Source of the DNA: Candidatus Omnitrophota bacterium
Lineage (GTDB): Bacteria > Omnitrophota > Gorgyraeia > 2-02-FULL-51-18
Assembly (NCBI GenBank): GCA_016206805.1
Contig: JACQQX010000029.1
Location: 1 to 51,715, forward strand
Reading direction: 5' to 3'
DNA: 51,715 nucleotides
The notes below the pieces were generated by a model, which saw only the letters and a list, made by a program, of their open reading frames with translations, ran no database searches and was not told the origin of the DNA. The stretch's first letter is position 1. The number at the start of each line of letters is the position of its first letter. Shown here one piece after another: positions 42,588 through 51,715 of this stretch. Made by a program: the position numbers and the translations under genes.

Positions 42588-45500
42588 TTAGGCGGGAGGC
42601 GGAACAGCCGCTTCTACGTCTTCAGGCTCAACCTTAGCGACGGTGGTGACGCGGTCGTTTTCTTTTTTGAGGTTAATGAGGCGGACGCCCTGGGCAACCC
42701 GGCCAGTTTCGCGGATGTCCTTGACGGAGCAGCGCACGACCATGCCTTCTTTGGTCATGATCATGACGTCATCTTTGCCGCCGACGCATTTGAGACCGAC
42801 GACTTCGCCGTTTTTCTCGGTGACCTTGATGTTGGTGACCCCCTTGCCGCCGCGGGAAGTGACGCGGTATTCATTCACGAGCGACCGCTTGCCAAACCCT
42901 TTTTCGGTGACGGAAAGCAGCGTCGCGTCCTTATCCACCACTTCCATGCCGATCAAATAGTCTTTTCCATCCAGCGTAATGCCGCGCACACCGCCGGCGG
43001 CGCGCCCCATGCTGCGCACCAAAGTCTCAGGGAAACGAATGGCCTTGCCTTCGCGAGTGGCCAGAAAGATTTCCTGCTTGCCATCGGTTAGCTCGGCTTC
43101 GATGAGCTCATCTTTGGGGTCAAGTCCGATAGCGACGATGCCGCTGCGGCGGGTATTCTCAAAGTCGGTCAAATCGCATTTTTTAATCTGCCCTAAACGC
43201 GTGGCCATCACGATGTACTGCCCTTCCGTAAACTGGCGCACCGGCATGTAGGAGGTGATCTTCTCCCCTTGCGCCAATGAGACAAAGTTGGCGATGAATT
43301 TGCCCTTGGAAATACGGCTGGCCTGAGGAATCTCATGCACCTTGATGACAAAGGCTTTGCCTTTCGAGGTGAAAAGCAGCAGGTTGTCATGGGTAGAAGC
43401 GACAAAAAGGTGCTCAACAAAGTCCTCTTCGACGCCGCCCGAACCCACGCCCACGCCGCCGCGCTTTTGTTTGCGGTAAGTCGTCACCGGCAGGCGCTTC
43501 ACATAGTTTTGATGGCTGATCGTGACCACCACGTCTTCGTCGGCGATCAAGTCTTCGACATCAAACTCGGTATCCAGGCTGCGGGCGATCTCCGTGCGGC
43601 GCTCATCGCCGTATTTTTCCTTCAGCTGAGCGAGCTCTTCCTTCACAATTTCAAGAACTTTCTTTTCGGACTTCAAAATCGACTCGAGATACTCGATTCG
43701 TTTCAGAAGCTCTTTGTATTCCTCTTCGAGCTTATGAATTTCAAGGCCGGTGAGCTTTTGAAGCTGCATTTCCAGGATCGCCTGGGCCTGCTTGTCTGAA
43801 AACTCATAGGTTTCCACGAGCGCGACTTTCGCCTCGGCGGGATTCTTGGACTTCCGGATGGTTTTGATGATTTTGTCGAGAATGTCAACGGCTTTTTTCA
43901 AACCCTCGACGATATGCGCGCGGGCCTTGGCTTTTTCCAGGTCAAACTGGGTGCGGCGGATGATGATTTCCTTGCGATGACGGATGTATTCGTGAATGAT
44001 TTCCTTGAGTTTCAAAACCTTGGGGCTGCCGTCCACCAGCGCCAGCAGGATAATGCCAAAAGTCGTCTGCATCTGCGTGTGCTTGTACAAAAGATTGAGC
44101 ACCACCTGCGCGTTGGCGTCCCGCTTCAAATCAATCACAAGCCTCATGCCGTCTTTATCCGACTCATCGCGCACGTCGGAGATGCCTTCGATCTTTTTGT
44201 CGTTGACGAGAGCCGCGATATTTTCGATCAGATTGGCCTTATTCACCTGATAGGGAATTTCGGTGATCACAATGGCCTGTTTGTTGTTTCTGATCTCTTC
44301 CACACCGGCCTTGGCGCGAATCTTGAGCAGTCCCCGGCCGGTTTCGTAAGCGGACTTGATGCCTTCGGTCCCGCAAATCGTGGCCGCCGTCGGGAAATCG
44401 GGACCCTTGATATGTTTCATCAATTCTTTGGTCTCGATCTCGGGGTTGTCGATTTGCGCGGCGATGGCGTCGGCTACTTCTTTCAAATTGTGCGGCGGAA
44501 TGTTGGTCGCCATGCCCACGGCGATGCCGCTGGAGCCGTTGCAAAGGAGGTTGGGAAGTGTCGCCGGCAACAGCGTGGGCTCTTCCAGCGTCTCGTCGAA
44601 ATTGGGCGCAAAATTGACCGTCTCCTTCTCAATGTCCCCCAGCATCGCGTCCGTGATGCCGGCCAGCCGCGCTTCGGTGTTGTGGTTAATAAAACCATTG
44701 GCGACAAATGAGTGACAGTCACTATCAACTTTTATGGAGTAGACCCGCGCGGGCGCGGTTTTTTCTATTTGGCAGACGGGGTCAAAGAAATACCGATTCC
44801 TCAAGAGATCCTCCATCAGCGCCGACGCTTCAGGCTGGGTTCGCGGCGCCAGGGCAAAGGCGACGGAAGCGGCGTGCTCTTGGAGACCGGCATACCGGTC
44901 AAAGTTGTGCTTCCTCACAAAATCGCGTTTGGACCATGCCGTCTTTTTGTCAAGCCTTGATCGAACGAAGCGGCTTAGAAAGGGGATGAAGTCCGTGCGC
45001 GACGAAACTTTGTGATATCGACTCAGCGCCATCTGAAGCCTTTCGTTCTTGCGCATGGAGACAAAACCGATTTCTTTCTGGAAATTCCGATAATTGTCCA
45101 TGCCCCTGATGTACAGTTTGTGCATCGCGCGGTGCTTATCAAAACGCTTGGTGGAAGCGATGCCAAATCTTAGAAGCAAAATCTGAATCTGCCGAATAAG
45201 CGTCTGGCTCGAAGAAACGCAAGAAAGCTCCGCCATCTTTTGTCCGCTGACAGACACACCGCCGTCACCCTCAAAATAAGCGCGAAGGAATGCCGCGACC
45301 ATCGCGCGGGGGGATCTGAGAAGAAGATGCGGTATCTCCCGATACGGGGACTTGGCGGGCGAAAGGCCTATCGCCCGCAGGAACGCGATCACCTGCCCCG
45401 AATGGATCTCCCGCGTCTGGTAAGGTTTCTTGCCGTAAGAGCTGGGTCGTCGCGTGAAAGCATGCAGTCGGCAGTCAGGAAACACGCGCCGCCAGCGCGC

Positions 45501-46430
45501 GTCGAACTCTTCCAGCCACTGAGGATCGCTGTTGCAAAATTCAAGCTCCTTTTCTTTGAGCGTGCCCTCGGAAACAAGGGCGCCTAAAATAAAAGCCAGA
45601 TCCTCCGAGAAGAGCTTGGGAAGTATTTTGGGCTGTGTTCGTCCCCGCGCTTCCGGCCAATAACCAACCAAAGACGCGGGCTCTTCCGGCCACAGCTGAT
45701 CCGGAGTCCTGTCGATCACCGCGACATCGCCGACGCCCAGTTGACTCAATAGCTTCCACCGAAAATCCGGCCGGCCCGTCTGGGGGTCAGCCGCCCATGT
45801 CAGAATGGGATGATTATAAGACCCCCGCAGGGAGAAGCCCCGCCCCGTTGTAATTTTGAGCGTGGGATGCGTTCCGCTGTCGAACCATTTTGAAGCCGAA
45901 TGAACCCTGCCCTCGCGTGAAAGAACCAGCGTATCGATCTCTTCGGTGCCGCCGGAATACTCCCGGCGGGACAATAATTCCGCGATGGGAATAAGTCCCT
46001 GATCCGTGACCATCAAGGTATCCCCGGTCACGCAATAGCGCATCGCGGCCGGGCTGTCGCCGTCGACGGAGCCGAAATTACCCTGGCCGTCGACCAACGG
46101 ATAGCGCAGGGAGAAATCCTGAACCATGCGCACCAGCGTGTCATACACCGCCGTGTCCCCGTGAGGATGGAATTTTCCAAGGACCTCGCCTACGATGCGG
46201 GCGGATTTCTTGTAAGGTTTGGAGTGGTCCAGCCCCAGCTCGCGCATCGCGTAAAGGATGCGGCGATGCACCGGCTTCAGGCCGTCGCGGACATCCGGCA
46301 GGGCGCGCCCGACGATGACGCTCATCGCGTAATTGAGGTAGGACGTTTTCATCTCCTGCTCGATGAAAACGGGGACTATTTTTTCGTTCTTGGCGTATTT
46401 ATTTTCCGTTTTTTCTGTTTTATCGGCCAT
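42588..46430 (-). CDS. gyrA: DNA gyrase subunit A (intein-containing precursor)
   Basis: GyrA motifs [12 protein letters not shown] and AAMRY/TEARL, plus the C-terminal beta-pinwheel. I place the start at ATG 46430 (MADKTEK). Confidence 0.95.
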   Translation of the reverse strand: MADKTEKTENKYAKNEKIVPVFIEQEMKTSYLNYAMSVIVGRALPDVRDGLKPVHRRILYAMRELGLDHSKPYKKSARIVGEVLGKFHPHGDTAVYDTLVRMVQDFSLRYPLVDGQGNFGSVDGDSPAAMRYCVTGDTLMVTDQGLIPIAELLSRREYSGGTEEIDTLVLSREGRVHSASKWFDSGTHPTLKITTGRGFSLRGSYNHPILTWAADPQTGRPDFRWKLLSQLGVGDVAVIDRTPDQLWPEEPASLVGYWPEARGRTQPKILPKLFSEDLAFILGALVSEGTLKEKELEFCNSDPQWLEEFDARWRRVFPDCRLHAFTRRPSSYGKKPYQTREIHSGQVIAFLRAIGLSPAKSPYREIPHLLLRSPRAMVAAFLRAYFEGDGGVSVSGQKMAELSCVSSSQTLIRQIQILLLRFGIASTKRFDKHRAMHKLYIRGMDNYRNFQKEIGFVSMRKNERLQMALSRYHKVSSRTDFIPFLSRFVRSRLDKKTAWSKRDFVRKHNFDRYAGLQEHAASVAFALAPRTQPEASALMEDLLRNRYFFDPVCQIEKTAPARVYSIKVDSDCHSFVANGFINHNTEARLAGITDAMLGDIEKETVNFAPNFDETLEEPTLLPATLPNLLCNGSSGIAVGMATNIPPHNLKEVADAIAAQIDNPEIETKELMKHIKGPDFPTAATICGTEGIKSAYETGRGLLKIRAKAGVEEIRNNKQAIVITEIPYQVNKANLIENIAALVNDKKIEGISDVRDESDKDGMRLVIDLKRDANAQVVLNLLYKHTQMQTTFGIILLALVDGSPKVLKLKEIIHEYIRHRKEIIIRRTQFDLEKAKARAHIVEGLKKAVDILDKIIKTIRKSKNPAEAKVALVETYEFSDKQAQAILEMQLQKLTGLEIHKLEEEYKELLKRIEYLESILKSEKKVLEIVKEELAQLKEKYGDERRTEIARSLDTEFDVEDLIADEDVVVTISHQNYVKRLPVTTYRKQKRGGVGVGSGGVEEDFVEHLFVASTHDNLLLFTSKGKAFVIKVHEIPQASRISKGKFIANFVSLAQGEKITSYMPVRQFTEGQYIVMATRLGQIKKCDLTDFENTRRSGIVAIGLDPKDELIEAELTDGKQEIFLATREGKAIRFPETLVRSMGRAAGGVRGITLDGKDYLIGMEVVDKDATLLSVTEKGFGKRSLVNEYRVTSRGGKGVTNIKVTEKNGEVVGLKCVGGKDDVMIMTKEGMVVRCSVKDIRETGRVAQGVRLINLKKENDRVTTVAKVEPEDVEAAVPPPA
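44679..46034 (-). mobile_element. GyrA intein (452 aa) with LAGLIDADG homing-endonuclease domain
   Basis: It is inserted directly after the catalytic Tyr: AAMRY | CVTGDTLMV ... [11 protein letters not shown] | TEARL. Block B is SYNHP. LAGLIDADG-type motifs are [12 protein letters not shown] and [12 protein letters not shown]. Confidence 0.9.
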
Positions 46431-46490
46431 GCTAAATATCCAGGTTCCGCACCTCGCGCGCGTCCGCCACAAAGCACGGCGGATGCGCTG

Positions 46491-50595
<4,105 letters not shown>

Positions 50596-50599
<4 letters not shown>

Positions 50600-51708
50600 G
50601 TCACCTGCATGGGAAGAACGATATAGGTGTAATCACGGCCATTGCGGATAATCGCCGGTTTTTCAGGGTCCGTCAAACCCAGATGAATATTTTCAGCGTC
50701 GATATTTTTAAGCACATCGATCAAAAAGATGGGATTAAAACCGATGGCAAACTCGCCGCCCTTATAATCCACTTCCAATTCCTCATGCGCTTCCCCCACA
50801 TCCGGCGTATTTTTAGTGATAATCATCCGATCTTTGATGAAATTAATTTTAATCGACTGAGAATCCTGACTCGTTAAAATGCTCGCGCGGCGGGCGGCTT
50901 GCAAAAAATCCTGCGTATTGATTTTTAACTCTTCCTTTGTTTTTTTGGGAATGACTTGTTCGTAATTAGGGTATTCTCCCTCGATAAGCCTGGAAGTGAT
51001 GAATAAACTCCCCAATCCCATCTGAACTTGATTTTCTTTAAAACAAAACATCACATCCCCTTCTTCACCGAGATTTCTGGAGAGTTCCTGAGTGGTTTTC
51101 ATGGGAATAATGACGTCTTTCTTAAAACTCCCAATCTCTTCCATCGCCTTTTCAATAATCGCCAGGCGACGTCCGTCCGTGGCGACGAGTTTTAAACCCT
51201 TATCTTTAAAACTAAAAAGAATTCCGTTTAAAACATAGCGTGATTCGTCATGGCTCATGGCGAAGGAAGTCAGCTGAATCATATTTTTCAACGTTTTTTG
51301 GGACAATTTCACCCAGTCGGCGTTTTTAGAGCCTTGGGAAGGAAATTCCGGCAGCTGCGGAAATTCATCCTTTAAAAGTCCCATCAAACGAAAATAACTT
51401 TTACCGGAATCGATTTGGATCGACTGATTTTTCTTAACGGATAGATGAATCGGGTTTTGAGGATGAAGTTCTTTAATAATTTCACTAAACTTTCTGGCTG
51501 GAACGGTGACGGCGCCTTCTTCACTCACATCACTTTCCACTTTTATAGAAACGCCTATTTCCAAATCCGTAGCGGTTAAGGTTAATTCATTTTTCCTGGA
51601 TTCTAAAAGAATGTGGGAAAGAATGGGTAAGGTGCTTTTATTGCTAACCGCGTTTTGTACGGCTTGAATGCCTCTTAAGAGATTTTCTTTCGATATGCTG
51701 ATTTTCAT
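50596..51708 (-). CDS. dnaN: DNA polymerase III beta sliding clamp
   Basis: 370 aa with three-domain clamp resemblance (LPILSHILL, ATDGRRLA, YIVLPM). Confidence 0.93.
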
Positions 51709-51715
51709 CTTCTTC

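Overview
This is a 51.7-kb chromosomal window from a diderm bacterium, and almost all genes lie on the minus strand. No database search or GC calculation was possible, so all calls rest on motifs read from the translations and on hand-checked coordinates. From left to right the window contains:

- **Sulfate activation cluster (104-5754):** NitT/TauT-type ABC ATPase, cysH, cysN, a four-helix-bundle (4HB) gene, cysD, cysC and a sulfotransferase. TCGTG-core heptamer arrays and a long hairpin sit at its gene junctions.
- **Metal-uptake cluster (6938-10268):** a Zn/Mn-type binding protein and permease, plus an outer-membrane barrel protein.
- **Secreted repeat protein (10928-13423):** 831 aa with seven 60-aa tandem repeats.
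- **Two small ORFs missing from the ORF track,** followed by tag and a flavoprotein gene.
- **Nitrate assimilation plus molybdenum cofactor gene string (16026-30332):** 13 co-directional genes over about 14.3 kb (nirBD, a DmsB-DmsC-like fusion, nasA-like, narK, a porin, moaA, moaC-mog, a TSUP transporter, moeA, moaD, moaE, mobA).
- **hppA and tRNA-Glu(UUC).** The tRNA is followed by tRNA-derived repeats.
- **Visibly AT-rich accessory island (about 33.7-41.5 kb):** GIY-YIG, a YjzC-like ORF, a candidate sRNA, and a tightly coupled five-gene operon (XRE, ImmA/IrrE protease, m5C methylase, N6A methylase, nuclease-methylase fusion), then a lambda-type phosphatase. An AbrB/PIN pair follows at 41.7-42.4 kb.
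- **A 137-bp nested-palindrome MITE (miniature inverted-repeat transposable element).**
- **The origin-proximal gene set gyrA-gyrB-DUF721-dnaN.** Both gyrase subunits carry inteins.

The best candidates for something new are the protease-gated restriction-modification (R-M) operon, the heptamer-flanked 4HB cassette inside cysDN, and the membrane-anchored assimilatory-type nitrate reductase module.
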